Positions 16,889 through 28,398 are shown, numbered from the stretch's first letter. The stretch is DNA of 64,000 nt from Steroidobacteraceae bacterium (GCA_049455235.1 JBMTZD010000002.1:1818-65817), one strand, 5' to 3'. Notes: generated from the sequence alone by a model not told the origin. Translations and numbers: made by a program.

Positions 16889-18322
16889 CTAACGATGCAC
16901 GGTCAAAATCTGCAGGGAATTCGTACCGCCCTGCACACCCGAGAATTCACCCTTGGTCAGGATGATCTGATCGCCCTCTTCAACGAGCTGAAGATCGAGC
17001 AATTGGTGAAATACCGCACGAAGCAAACCTTCAGCCGTATCGCGCGGAAGATCAAAGGAAACCGGGTAAACACCGCGATATAGCGTGACTCGACGCCGTG
17101 TTTTCTCGTGACGCGTGAACGCGTAGATGGGGATGCCAGAACGAAAACGGGACATCCATTGGGGCGTTGCGCCACTTTCGGTCAAAGCCACGATCGCCTT
17201 CACCTCAAGATGATTGGCCGTATACATCACGGCGTTAGCGATTGCTTCTTCGGTTTGCGTGAACATAGCCCCGAAGCGCTCGCGAGGCTTATGCGCCGCG
17301 ATTTGATAACGCTCGGCACCCGAGATCACCTCCGCCATCGCAGCGACCGCCTTGACAGGATATTTGCCCGCCGCAGTCTCGGCCGAGAGCATCACCGCGT
17401 CGGTCCCATCCATCACCGCATTGGCGACGTCACTGACCTCCGCCCGAGTCGGAACTGGATTCTGAATCATCGACTCCATCATCTGCGTCGCCGTGATAAC
17501 GACGCGATTGGCATGTCGACTCTTGTAGATCATCGTCTTCTGCAGACCGGTGAGCGCGGCATGACCCATCTCGACGCCCAAATCGCCGCGCGCCACCATG
17601 ATGACGTCAGTCGCCGCAATGATTTCATCGAGATGGGCGACGGCCTCGTGACGTTCGATCTTGGCGACGATGCGAACCGACTCGCCACCGGCTTGCTTGA
17701 GCAACTCGCGGGCCTTGTTGATGTCGGCGGCGTCGCGCACGAACGACAAAGCGAGATAATCGAGGCCCTGCGCCGACGCAAAACGAATATCTTCGAAATC
17801 TTTGTCGGCGAGCGCTGGCGCAGAGATGCCGCCACCTTTGCGATTCACACCCTTACGATTGGAGAGCTCACCGCCAGCGATCACTTTGGTGTCGATGCGG
17901 GTCCCTTTAACGGAAGTGACCTCGAGTACGATGAGACCGTCGTTAAGCAGGAGCGTATCGCCCGCTTTAACGTCGTTGATGAGCTCTTTATAAGCGACAC
18001 CGACGACCGCTTCGTTGCCGGCCTTGGGGTCGAGCGCGGTATCGAGTGCGAAAGCCTGTCCATCCTGCAAATCGACCTTGCCGTTCTGGAAGCTTTCGAT
18101 GCGAATCTTAGGCCCCGCGAGATCACCCAGGATGGCGACATAACGACCAGCGCGAACCGAGGCTTCGCGCAGCAGCATGATGCGCCGCAGGTGATCGTCA
18201 TGGGTGCCGTGAGAAAAATTGACTCGGGCCACATCGAGGCCAGCCCGACACATATCGAAAAGGACGTCGACATCGTCTGTCGCCGGCCCGAGGGTGGCAA
18301 CGATCTTGGTTCTACGCAACAT
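16889..18322 (-). CDS. pyk: pyruvate kinase
   Basis: RRTKIVATLGPA and MVARGDLGVE motifs; 477 aa. Confidence 0.95.
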   Translation of the reverse strand: MLRRTKIVATLGPATDDVDVLFDMCRAGLDVARVNFSHGTHDDHLRRIMLLREASVRAGRYVAILGDLAGPKIRIESFQNGKVDLQDGQAFALDTALDPKAGNEAVVGVAYKELINDVKAGDTLLLNDGLIVLEVTSVKGTRIDTKVIAGGELSNRKGVNRKGGGISAPALADKDFEDIRFASAQGLDYLALSFVRDAADINKARELLKQAGGESVRIVAKIERHEAVAHLDEIIAATDVIMVARGDLGVEMGHAALTGLQKTMIYKSRHANRVVITATQMMESMIQNPVPTRAEVSDVANAVMDGTDAVMLSAETAAGKYPVKAVAAMAEVISGAERYQIAAHKPRERFGAMFTQTEEAIANAVMYTANHLEVKAIVALTESGATPQWMSRFRSGIPIYAFTRHEKTRRRVTLYRGVYPVSFDLPRDTAEGLLRAVFHQLLDLQLVEEGDQIILTKGEFSGVQGGTNSLQILTVHR

Positions 18323-18364
18323 AGGTCTTCATTGTGCGGTGCGCGCCGGCGCCTTGCCAGCGCC

Positions 18365-19543
18365 TTATGCGTCGAATCGTGCCTCGAGCGCCGCAACCGC
18401 TGGCAACGTCTTGCCTTCGACGAACTCGAGAAAGGCACCGCCACCGGTCGAGATATACGAAATACCCGACTCGACACCAAATTTTTCGATGGCAGCGAGG
18501 GTGTCGCCACCCCCGGCTAGCGAGAACGCTGGGCTTGACGCAATCGCTTCGGCAATCACTCGCGTGCCGCCTGCAAACGAATCGAACTCGAACACACCAA
18601 CCGGGCCATTCCAGAGAATAGTACCCGCCGATTGCAATAGCGTTGCAAGCGACCGGGCCGTCGCGGGACCGATATCCAGAATCAACTCGTCGTCAGCGAC
18701 CTCGTCTACCGGTCGCGTTGTGGCCACAGCCGTCGAGGCAAACTCCGTCGCCACGACCACATCGGTCGGCAGCGGAATCATCGTGCCCTTCGCTTTCGCT
18801 TGCGCGAGCAGCGTGCGAGCGGTATCGAGCATGTCCGGCTCGTGCAGCGACTTACCAACGGCGACGCCCGTCGCCGCCAGGAACGTGTTGGCGATACCAC
18901 CACCCACGATCAGTTGATCGACTTTCGAGAGCAATGACTCGAGTACAGTGAGTTTGGTGGATACTTTCGAGCCGGCCACGATCGCTACGAGCGGCCGAGC
19001 AGGCTTGGCGAGCGCGCGCTCGAGTGCCTCCAATTCGCCCACCAACAAAGGACCTGCACACGCAATGGGCGCGAATCGGGCAACACCGTGCGTACTGGCT
19101 TCGGCGCGATGCGCCGTGCCGAAAGCATCCATGACGAAAATATCGCAGAGTGCAGCCATCTTGCGTGACAACGCCTCGTCGTCTTTTTTCTCGCCTTTAT
19201 TGAAACGCACGTTCTCGCACAGCACTACTTCGCCCGGCGCGCAGTCGATGCCATCTAGCCAGTCACGGATCAGTCGTACGGGCGTGCCAAGCAACTCGCC
19301 TAAACGAGCCGCGACGGGCGCCAAAGAATTCTCGTCTGAGAACTCGCCCTCTTTCGGCCGACCCAGGTGCGACAGCAGCATCACTCGCGCACCGGCATCC
19401 CGCGCGGCCCGTATCGTCGGTAGCGAAGCGCGAATGCGGGCATCGCTCGTGATGACCCCGCCTTCAAGCGGAACGTTCAAATCCTCGCGGATCAGCACTC
19501 GCCGACCCTTGAGTTCGAGATCGAGCATCCGACGCACCGGCAT
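18365..19543 (-). CDS. pgk: phosphoglycerate kinase
   Basis: Start at the internal ATG ([26 protein letters not shown]), 5 nt after the gap stop. C-terminal [10 protein letters not shown] motif. Confidence 0.95.
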   Translation of the reverse strand: MPVRRMLDLELKGRRVLIREDLNVPLEGGVITSDARIRASLPTIRAARDAGARVMLLSHLGRPKEGEFSDENSLAPVAARLGELLGTPVRLIRDWLDGIDCAPGEVVLCENVRFNKGEKKDDEALSRKMAALCDIFVMDAFGTAHRAEASTHGVARFAPIACAGPLLVGELEALERALAKPARPLVAIVAGSKVSTKLTVLESLLSKVDQLIVGGGIANTFLAATGVAVGKSLHEPDMLDTARTLLAQAKAKGTMIPLPTDVVVATEFASTAVATTRPVDEVADDELILDIGPATARSLATLLQSAGTILWNGPVGVFEFDSFAGGTRVIAEAIASSPAFSLAGGGDTLAAIEKFGVESGISYISTGGGAFLEFVEGKTLPAVAALEARFDA

Positions 19544-19548
19544 GATGA

Positions 19549-20562
19549 TCAGCTCGCCTTGGACCAAGCGATCGTTGTGTCGAGCATGCGATTCGAGAAA
19601 CCCCACTCGTTGTCGTACCAGGCACAGACTTTGACAAGATTGCCGCCTATGACCTTCGTCATCGTCGCATCGAAAGTGGATGAATGCGCGTCATGGTTGT
19701 AGTCGATCGAGACCAGCGGTGCTTCCGTATAGGCCAGCACGCCCTTCAGCGCACCGTCGGCAGCCGCCTTCATCAACTGATTCACCTCAGCCACGGTCGT
19801 CGCGCGCTTGGGCGTGAAGGTGAGATCAACTAGCGAGACATTGATCGTCGGCACACGCACCGCAAACCCATCGAACTTGCCCTTGAGCTCAGGCAGCACG
19901 AGACCGACCGCCGCCGCGGCACCGGTCTTGGTCGGAATCATCGACATCGTGGCCGAGCGAGCGCGGCGCAGATCTGAGTGATACACGTCGGTGAGCACTT
20001 GATCGTTCGTGTAGGCGTGCACCGTCGTCATCAGACCGCTCTCGATGCCGATGTTCTCGTGCAGCACCTGCGCCACGGGCGCCAAACAGTTGGTCGTGCA
20101 CGATGCATTGGAGATCACAGTGTGCGACGCACGCAAGACCTGATGATTGACACCGTAGACCACCGTGGCATCGACGTCGTCGCCACCGGGCGCCGAAATG
20201 ACGACCTTCTTAGCACCGCCTGCCAAGTGCGCTGCCGCTTTGGCCTTGCTCGTGAAGAGCCCCGTGCACTCGAGAACAAAATCGACGCCAAGTTCGCCCC
20301 ATGGCAGCTTTGAGGGATCGCGCTGGGCGAGCACGCGAATGCGATCGCCATTGACGACCATCGAATCACCCTCGACCTTTACTTCGCCTGGGAAACGGCC
20401 GTGTGCGGTGTCGTAGCGTGTGAGATGGGCATTGGTCTCAGCATCACCCAAGTCATTGATCGCGACGACCTGAATTTCTTTGTTACGTCCGCTCTCATAG
20501 AGCGCACGCAGCACGTTTCGTCCGATGCGTCCGTACCCGTTGATGCCGACCTTGATCGCCAT
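19549..20562 (-). CDS. gap: glyceraldehyde-3-phosphate dehydrogenase
   Basis: [15 protein letters not shown] and the active site [12 protein letters not shown]. Confidence 0.95.
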   Translation of the reverse strand: MAIKVGINGYGRIGRNVLRALYESGRNKEIQVVAINDLGDAETNAHLTRYDTAHGRFPGEVKVEGDSMVVNGDRIRVLAQRDPSKLPWGELGVDFVLECTGLFTSKAKAAAHLAGGAKKVVISAPGGDDVDATVVYGVNHQVLRASHTVISNASCTTNCLAPVAQVLHENIGIESGLMTTVHAYTNDQVLTDVYHSDLRRARSATMSMIPTKTGAAAAVGLVLPELKGKFDGFAVRVPTINVSLVDLTFTPKRATTVAEVNQLMKAAADGALKGVLAYTEAPLVSIDYNHDAHSSTFDATMTKVIGGNLVKVCAWYDNEWGFSNRMLDTTIAWSKAS

Positions 20563-20600
20563 GTGTCCTTACCTCTGAATGTTAAAAACTTGATATCCGT

Positions 20601-22604
20601 TCAGTTCGCGAGCAACTCGTCGATCGCACGACCGATGTGAGCGCTCGTTAATCCGTAGTGTTCGAAAAGCTCCGCCGCCTTACCCGAAGCGCCAAACTGA
20701 TCGATGCCGAGCACGCGCCCTTCGCTGCCGACGTACTTCCACCAGCTTTGGGTCGCGGCCGCCTCGACCGCGACACGACGCGTGATGCGCTTTGGCAACA
20801 CGGCCTCGCGCCATGCGGCGTTCTGCTTGTCGAACGTATCGGTCGACGGCATCGACACGAGACGCACTCGGCGACCGGTCGCGTTCCTCGCCCGCACGGC
20901 CTCAGCAGCCGGTGCGACTTCCGAGCCCGTGGCGATGACGATCGCTTCGGGCTCACCACCAACCGGCTCGATCAAGACGTATCCACCATTGGCGATGGCG
21001 GCCAACTGCGCGGCATCACGCGGTTGCTGCGGCAAAGCCTGACGCGTGAGAACGAGTGACGTCGGGCCTGAAACACGTTCGATCCCGGCGAGCCAAGCAA
21101 CCGCCGTTTCGGTCGCATCGCAGGGGCGCCACAGCGACAGATTGGGCATGGCTCGCAGTGAAGCCAAGTGCTCGATAGGCTGGTGAGTCGGGCCATCCTC
21201 GCCAAGCCCGATGGAGTCGTGCGTGTACACCAACAGAATTCTTTGATGCATCAGCGCAGCCAGACGAACCGCGTTGCGCGCATAGTCTGAGAAGACCAAG
21301 AAGGTACCCGCATAGGGCGCGAAACCACCGTGCAGAGCTAGACCATTCATCATGGCCGTCATCGCAAATTCGCGCACGCCGTAGTAGACATAGTTACCGC
21401 TGGCATCTTCCGGCGTAATTGCTTTGGAGTCTTTACGGAACGTGTTCACCGAGCCCGTCAGATCCGCCGAACCGCCTAGCAGCTCTCCCATCCCAGGGCC
21501 GATAGCGTTCAAGATCGTTTGTGAAGACGCGCGAGTAGCCTGCGGCGCCGTCACGCCGGCGGCAGCCGCCATGGCGCTATCGCGCAAGGTCGGCCAATTC
21601 GCCGGCAGCTCGCCCTTCATGCGCCGGATGAATTCGGCAGCGAGTTCTGGGAACTCGCGCTTGTATCGATTGAATCGGCGCTTCCAAGATTTTTCGGCTT
21701 TCTCGCCTCGCGCACGCTGATCCCAGGCAGCACGAACTTCCTCAGGGATGACAAAGGGTTCGTGCGACCAACCAAGAGCCGCTCGAGTTGCCGCGATCTC
21801 CTCTTGCCCGAGTGGTTCGCCGTGGGTCGACTTACTGCCCTGCTTGTTGGGCGCCCCTTTGCCGATGACGGTTCGAGCGCAGATCAGGGTGGGCTGATGA
21901 CGATTGGCTTTAGCTTTGCGCAAAGCCTTCGACACGGCTTCGGCATCGTGACCATCGATATCTTTGATGACCTGCCAACCATAGGACAAGAAACGTTTGA
22001 CCGTATCGTCAGCCATCCAACCTTTGACGTTGCCGTCAATGGAAATGCCGTTGTCGTCGTATACGCAAATGAGCTTGCCGAGACCTAGCGTGCCTGCGAG
22101 CGAGGCAGCCTCATGCGAGATGCCCTCCATCATGCAACCGTCACCGAGGAACACGTAGGTATGGTGATCGACGATGTCGTGACCCTCTCGATTGAACTCG
22201 GCCGCGAGCAATTTTTCGGCAAGCGCCATGCCCACCGCGGTGGCGATACCCTGACCAAGTGGTCCAGTGGTGGTCTCGATCCCGATGGCAGGATCATGCT
22301 CGGGATGACCGGCTGTGATGGCGCCGAGCTGACGAAAATTTTTGATGTCCTCGATAGACAGCGGATGACCCGTTAGATGCAGCACCGAATACAGCAGCAT
22401 CGACGCATGCCCATTCGACAGCACGAAGCGGTCTCGATCGACCCAGCGCGGATTGGCGGGGTTGTAGTCCATCACCTCACGCCACAACACCTCAGCGATG
22501 TCGGCCATGCCCATTGGCGCACCCGGATGGCCGGAAGCGGCCTTCTGCACCGCATCCATGGAGAGCGCCCGAATGGCGTTGGCGAGGCTGCGGTGGTCGG
22601 TCAT
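20601..22604 (-). CDS. tkt: transketolase
   Basis: Start at the internal ATG ([22 protein letters not shown]). [17 protein letters not shown] and [16 protein letters not shown] motifs. Confidence 0.95.
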   Translation of the reverse strand: MTDHRSLANAIRALSMDAVQKAASGHPGAPMGMADIAEVLWREVMDYNPANPRWVDRDRFVLSNGHASMLLYSVLHLTGHPLSIEDIKNFRQLGAITAGHPEHDPAIGIETTTGPLGQGIATAVGMALAEKLLAAEFNREGHDIVDHHTYVFLGDGCMMEGISHEAASLAGTLGLGKLICVYDDNGISIDGNVKGWMADDTVKRFLSYGWQVIKDIDGHDAEAVSKALRKAKANRHQPTLICARTVIGKGAPNKQGSKSTHGEPLGQEEIAATRAALGWSHEPFVIPEEVRAAWDQRARGEKAEKSWKRRFNRYKREFPELAAEFIRRMKGELPANWPTLRDSAMAAAAGVTAPQATRASSQTILNAIGPGMGELLGGSADLTGSVNTFRKDSKAITPEDASGNYVYYGVREFAMTAMMNGLALHGGFAPYAGTFLVFSDYARNAVRLAALMHQRILLVYTHDSIGLGEDGPTHQPIEHLASLRAMPNLSLWRPCDATETAVAWLAGIERVSGPTSLVLTRQALPQQPRDAAQLAAIANGGYVLIEPVGGEPEAIVIATGSEVAPAAEAVRARNATGRRVRLVSMPSTDTFDKQNAAWREAVLPKRITRRVAVEAAATQSWWKYVGSEGRVLGIDQFGASGKAAELFEHYGLTSAHIGRAIDELLAN

Positions 22605-22610
22605 GAGGAA

Positions 22611-22664
22611 GGCTCTTCTTGCTTGCGTGAATCTGCAATTCTCGCTCAAGAAGAGCCATTTTTT
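22611..22664. promoter_or_regulatory. long imperfect hairpin with flanking A/T runs in the tkt/metK divergent region
   Basis: ggctcttcttg (22611-22621) pairs with caagaagagcc (22647-22657). An inner gcgtgaat/attctcgc extension (7 of 8 pairs) surrounds a ctgca loop. Followed by attttttc on the plus strand. On the tkt mRNA the 3' arm ends 6 nt before the start codon. Confidence 0.5.
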
Positions 22665-22725
22665 CAATGAATCATCGCGATTAAAGGCTATACTTTTTCG
22701 GTTGTTTAACCGCTGGACGATGACC

Positions 22726-23898
22726 ATGGCCAATCACTACCTGTTCACCTCGGAATCCGTCTCCGAAGGTCACCCGGATAAAGTCGCTGACCAAATTTCC
22801 GATGCGATCCTCGACGCCATCCTCGTTGAGGACAAGCGCTGCCGCGTGGCAGTCGAGACTCTGGTCAAGACCGGTGTGGCGATTGTGGCGGGTGAAGTCA
22901 CGACCAATGCGTGGGTCGATATCGAGGCCATCGTTCGTCGCACCGTGCTCGACATCGGCTACAACTCCTCCGATATGGGATTCGATGGCGCTTCTTGCGG
23001 CGTCCTCAACGTGATTGGCAAGCAATCAGCTGACATCGCCCAAGGCGTCGATCGCAGCGACCCGCGCAAGCAAGGCGCCGGCGACCAAGGGTTGATGTTC
23101 GGTTTTGCTACGAACGAAACCGACGTATTGATGCCGGCTGCCATCACGCTGTCGCATCGCTTGGTGGAGCGTCAGGCCAAAGTGCGTAAGCAAGGCAAGC
23201 TGCCCTGGTTGCGCCCCGACGCCAAGAGCCAAGTCACACTGCGCTACGAGAACGACAAACCGGTTGCGATCGAAGCCGTGGTGCTCTCAACGCAGCACAG
23301 CGACGATGTATCGACCAAGAAGTTGCGCGATGCGGTGATGGAAGAAATCCTGTTGCCGGTGCTGCCGAAGAAGTGGCTGCACAAAGGGACCAAGTTCCAC
23401 ATCAACCCGACCGGTCGCTTCGTGATTGGCGGCCCAGTGGGTGACTGCGGCCTCACGGGTCGCAAGATCATCGTCGACACCTACGGCGGCTTCGCTCGTC
23501 ACGGTGGCGGCGCCTTCTCGGGTAAAGACCCCTCCAAGGTCGACCGCTCGGCTGCCTACGCTGCGCGCTACGTTGCCAAAAATATCGTGGCTGCCGGCCT
23601 TGCCGATCGCTGCGAAGTTCAGGTTTCCTACGCGATCGGCGTGGCGGAACCGACCTCGGTGATGGTCGAAACCTTCGGTACCGGCAAGGTCTCACGCGAG
23701 AAGCTGACGCAACTCGTACGCAAACACTTCGATCTCACGCCGTATGGTCTGCGCGAGATGCTCAAACTTGCCCGGCCGATCTATCAAAAGACTGCCGCTT
23801 ACGGTCACTTCGGCCGTGAGGACAAGGATTTTACCTGGGAGCGCACCGACCGCGCTGCCGCATTAGCCTCTGACGCAGGGATCAAGCGTCGCCGCTAA
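22726..23898 (+). CDS. metK: S-adenosylmethionine synthetase
   Basis: [30 protein letters not shown] and [19 protein letters not shown]. An alternative ATG lies 6 nt upstream at 22720. Confidence 0.95.
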   Translation: MANHYLFTSESVSEGHPDKVADQISDAILDAILVEDKRCRVAVETLVKTGVAIVAGEVTTNAWVDIEAIVRRTVLDIGYNSSDMGFDGASCGVLNVIGKQSADIAQGVDRSDPRKQGAGDQGLMFGFATNETDVLMPAAITLSHRLVERQAKVRKQGKLPWLRPDAKSQVTLRYENDKPVAIEAVVLSTQHSDDVSTKKLRDAVMEEILLPVLPKKWLHKGTKFHINPTGRFVIGGPVGDCGLTGRKIIVDTYGGFARHGGGAFSGKDPSKVDRSAAYAARYVAKNIVAAGLADRCEVQVSYAIGVAEPTSVMVETFGTGKVSREKLTQLVRKHFDLTPYGLREMLKLARPIYQKTAAYGHFGREDKDFTWERTDRAAALASDAGIKRRR

Positions 23899-23936
23899 GC
23901 CAGTCGCCGCCGCAAGGTGGCGCAGGTAGACTATTT

Positions 23937-24016
23937 CTCGCGACGAGGGGCGCTGCAGCATCGGGTTGGCCGATGCCAGGCTCGTCGCGAGTCAGGATGA
24001 CGTTCAACGGCGCCCG
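23937..24016 (+). promoter_or_regulatory. SAH (S-adenosylhomocysteine) riboswitch in the ahcY leader
   Basis: P1: ctcgcgacgag (23937-47) pairs with ctcgtcgcgag (23981-91), perfect 11 bp. P2: gcatcgg/ccgatgc. Pseudoknot: ggcgc with gcgcc (24010-14). Conserved strings GAGGGGCGCUGC, GCCAGGCUCG and AACGGCGCC match the remembered SAH riboswitch consensus. Canonical position upstream of ahcY. Confidence 0.75.
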
Positions 24017-24049
24017 TTTATCTTCAACCAAGATTAACGGAGTCAGACT

Positions 24050-25468
<1,419 letters not shown>

Positions 25469-25484
25469 GTTTGCGCTGACACAT

Positions 25485-25522
25485 CGGCAGTCATGGCGTT
25501 AGCATGAACGCCATGACTGCCG
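25485..25522 (+). promoter_or_regulatory. perfect 16-bp inverted repeat (6-nt loop) spanning the cpdA translation start
   Basis: cggcagtcatggcgtt (25485-25500), agcatg loop, aacgccatgactgccg (25507-25522). The loop holds ATG 25504 and the 3' arm holds ATG 25513. The repeat starts 17 nt after the ahcY stop. No U-tract follows. Confidence 0.6.
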
Positions 25523-26298
25523 TTCGCCTACTCCAACTGACCGACACCCATCTGGTTGGTGATCCAGCGGGTGGCATGCGCGGCGTCGTCACGCTAGAGA
25601 CCTTGCGCGCCACTCTCGATCTCGCGCGACGCCGCTGTGGCGGCTTCCATCAACTCGACGCCATACTCGCCACCGGTGATCTCGTTCATGACGATCCGGA
25701 TGGCTACGCCTGGATCGCTCGCGAACTCGGCGCGCTCGGCCCGCCGGTGTTGTGTCTGCCCGGCAATCACGACGACCCGTCATTGATGAGCGAATTATTT
25801 GCCCGAGCGCCTTTCCAATACTGTGGGCATCGCGACTTCGGCTCGTGGCGTGTGGTGATGCTCGATTCCATGCTGCCCGGCAGCGCGGCGGGACGTCTCA
25901 CTGACGCCGAGTTACAGCGACTCGATGCCGCGTTAGCAGATCCCCACTACCGATTTGCGCTCGTCGTGTTACACCACCACCCCGTCCCGTCTAACAGCGC
26001 TTGGCTTGATACCCTCGCGCTCGAAGAGCCCGATCGCCTGCTCACCGTGCTCTCGAGAAATGCACGCGTTCGGGGGGTGCTCTGGGGCCACGTGCATCAA
26101 ACCTATGACGGCTCGCTCGGCGAAATACGCCTCATGGGAACTCCATCGACTTGCGTCCAATTCAAACCGCAGGTCGAAGACTTTGAACTCGACACACGTC
26201 CGCCGGGATTTCGCTTACTCACGCTGCAGGACGATGGCCGCATTCAGAGCCAAGTCGAGTGGCTGACTCCGAATACTGAGAATCACACTGATGCGTAG
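25504..26298 (+). CDS. cpdA: 3',5'-cyclic-nucleotide phosphodiesterase CpdA (metallophosphoesterase)
   Basis: LQLTDTHL, GDLVHDD, LPGNHD, LHHHP and WGHVH metallophosphoesterase motifs. Start may be 25504 or 25513. Confidence 0.8.
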   Translation: MNAMTAVRLLQLTDTHLVGDPAGGMRGVVTLETLRATLDLARRRCGGFHQLDAILATGDLVHDDPDGYAWIARELGALGPPVLCLPGNHDDPSLMSELFARAPFQYCGHRDFGSWRVVMLDSMLPGSAAGRLTDAELQRLDAALADPHYRFALVVLHHHPVPSNSAWLDTLALEEPDRLLTVLSRNARVRGVLWGHVHQTYDGSLGEIRLMGTPSTCVQFKPQVEDFELDTRPPGFRLLTLQDDGRIQSQVEWLTPNTENHTDA

Positions 26299-27199
26299 CT
26301 TCGCCCTTTTTCTCGGTTTATTCGTCGCGGGCTTTGCAATCATGGCCCTGTTCGCTTGGCCGCTCTACGATGCTTTGACGCCCACTTTTGACGTCAAGTT
26401 TCACCGCGTCGCCAATCGCCTTGGCATGCTCGCCCTATTGATCGGGTTTATCCTGATGGCGCGTCGGCTCGGAGTCTGCAGCCGAGTGAGTCTTGGCTGG
26501 GGTCTCGCTCGCGAGCCATTTCTACGCGAGGCAGGCCTAGGGCTACTGCTCGGCGTCGCGACGATGCTGCCGATCGGGGCGGCGATGTTCTTCTTCGATC
26601 TGCGCATCGTGAAACCCGATGTCGCCATCGACACTCACCTGCTAGCGAGTATCGCTTTGGGCGGACTGTTGACGGGCGTCACCGTGGCCTTGATCGAAGA
26701 AACATTCATGCGCGGAGCGATGCATACCGCGATCGAGCGCGAATCCGGTGCCGTGATGGCCGTCGTTCTGACGTCACTGCTCTACGCGGCAGTCCATTTT
26801 GTGGGCCGCTACCGAATTCCCGTCGAAGAGCTCGGCTGGGATAGCGGCTGGCGGCATGTCGCAGGCACGCTAGCTCAACTCGCCGAACCACTCGCCATCA
26901 TCGATGCCTTTCTCGCGCTTGCGGCGGTGGGGGTACTGCTCGGTGTCGTGCGTACGCTCACCGGCAACGTTGCCGCCTGCATCGGGCTGCACGCCGGTTG
27001 GGTATGGGTGATCGCGTTTCTGCGAGAAACCTCACAACCGAATGATTCGCATCCGGCGCGGTTTCTCCTCTCGGATTTCGATGGTGTCGTCGGCTGGCTC
27101 GTGCTCGGGGCAACGCTTCTGATTGGCGCGTTGCTGCTGCCATTTTACGCGCGACGACGATCAGGCGTCGTTGCCGACATCGCGTCGAATCAGCGGTGA
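26291..27199 (+). CDS. CPBP-family intramembrane glutamic endopeptidase (CAAX protease-like)
   Basis: Multi-TM protein with EETFMRG (EExxxR), LYAAVHF (FxxxH) and a third His in GLHAGW. Confidence 0.8.
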   Translation: MRSFALFLGLFVAGFAIMALFAWPLYDALTPTFDVKFHRVANRLGMLALLIGFILMARRLGVCSRVSLGWGLAREPFLREAGLGLLLGVATMLPIGAAMFFFDLRIVKPDVAIDTHLLASIALGGLLTGVTVALIEETFMRGAMHTAIERESGAVMAVVLTSLLYAAVHFVGRYRIPVEELGWDSGWRHVAGTLAQLAEPLAIIDAFLALAAVGVLLGVVRTLTGNVAACIGLHAGWVWVIAFLRETSQPNDSHPARFLLSDFDGVVGWLVLGATLLIGALLLPFYARRRSGVVADIASNQR

Positions 27200-27775
27200 C
27201 AACAAAGCGAGACGACGCAATGGGTCGAGCAATTCGAGGCACACCTGTTTGTCGGCGAGACTGATCGGCAATATCTCGACCAAACGCGAACCGACCCAGT
27301 CCGCATCCTCGAATCGCGATTCGATCCCTTCGTAAATATCGCCAAGCTCAGGTAACACGCGGCGTAAAAGATCCGCGAGGTGGCGATATTCCTCAGGCAC
27401 TGTCAGCGCCGGACTCGCGCTCGATATCGGCGGATCTATCCATTCCACTTCGCCCAGATTCAAACCATCTTCCTGACGCCAAGCGCGCAACACCCGAAAG
27501 CGACGCTCACCACGACAACTGATACCGAGCAGACCATCGGGCAATAAATTGAAATCGACAATACGCGCCGTGGTACCGATTTCGCAGAAGCTACTGGCAG
27601 GTCCGGCCTCGCCGCCCTCTCGGATCAGTACGACGCCGAAACAACTGCTCTGGCGCATGCAACGCTTAACCATGTCGACATAGCGCGGCTCAAAGATACG
27701 CAGCGGCAGCGGGCCGCGCGGAAAGAGCACCGTGCTGAGCGGGAACAGCGGGATTTCGCTGGTCTCGCCCATCAA
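27161..27775 (-). CDS. LON substrate-binding-domain protein
   Basis: IPLFPLSTVLFPRGPLPLRIFEPRYVDMV is the Lon N-terminal (LON/PUA-like) domain signature. 204 aa, no ATPase or protease part. Confidence 0.8.
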   Translation of the reverse strand: MMGETSEIPLFPLSTVLFPRGPLPLRIFEPRYVDMVKRCMRQSSCFGVVLIREGGEAGPASSFCEIGTTARIVDFNLLPDGLLGISCRGERRFRVLRAWRQEDGLNLGEVEWIDPPISSASPALTVPEEYRHLADLLRRVLPELGDIYEGIESRFEDADWVGSRLVEILPISLADKQVCLELLDPLRRLALLSPLIRRDVGNDA

Positions 27776-27777
27776 CG

Positions 27778-28398
27778 TCAGGACTCCCGACCCCAGCGGC
27801 GCATGAGTTGGTGCTCAACGCCGAGCTGATCAAGGATGCGCGCGACGATGAAATCCACCATCGCCGCGACATCAGTCGGTCGATTGTAGAAACCGGGGTT
27901 GGCGGGCAGGATGGTCACATCGAGCCTTGCGAGTTTCAGCATGTTCTCAAGGTGTATCGGCGAGAACGGAGTCTCACGCGGTACGATGATGAGATTGCCA
28001 CGCTCTTTGATCACGACATCCGCTGCGCGCTCGAGCAAATTCTCGCTTGCACCCGTCGCAATCGCAGACACCGTTGCCATACTCGCCGGACACACGACCA
28101 TCTGTCGCGGTGCGCCAGAACCACTCGCCACTGGCGAGGTCCACTCCTCATCACCAAAAACACGCAACTGACTATCGCGCGCATTGAAAAGTTGGCTGAG
28201 ATACCGCGTTTGCTCGGCCGTACGGCCCGGCAACTTGCAGTCAGTCTCGGAGCCAACCACGATCTGTGCCGCTTTGGTGAACATCAGGTAGACCTGATAG
28301 TCCGCCTGAATCAGGCACTCGACCAAGCGCAATCCGTACTGGGCACCGGAAGCCCCTGTCATGCCGACCGTGACGATGCGTTCATCCTTGCGTGTCAT
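27778..28398 (-). CDS. ubiX: flavin prenyltransferase UbiX
   Basis: RIVTVGMTGASGAQYGLRL... and ...MVVCPASMATVSAIATG. Start placed at the internal ATG (MTRKDERIV), which overlaps the mpl 3' end. Confidence 0.9.
   Translation of the reverse strand: MTRKDERIVTVGMTGASGAQYGLRLVECLIQADYQVYLMFTKAAQIVVGSETDCKLPGRTAEQTRYLSQLFNARDSQLRVFGDEEWTSPVASGSGAPRQMVVCPASMATVSAIATGASENLLERAADVVIKERGNLIIVPRETPFSPIHLENMLKLARLDVTILPANPGFYNRPTDVAAMVDFIVARILDQLGVEHQLMRRWGRES

Noticed and set aside
17108-18520. 470-aa plus-strand ORF antisense to pyk and the pgk 3' end. Similar long antisense ORFs occur at 6670-7362, 9825-10406, 13819-14496, 24665-25408, 27808-28422, 32141-32854 and 47460-48182.
   Set aside because: These are shadow ORFs typical of high-GC DNA. 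They are Arg/His/Asp-rich and low-complexity, carry no recognisable motifs, and each lies opposite a gene with unambiguous conserved motifs.
22605-22725. A SAM riboswitch upstream of metK.
   Set aside because: I could not find the conserved SAM-I, SAM-II or SAM-V sequence elements. Only a simple long hairpin is present, reported separately as an unexplained structure.
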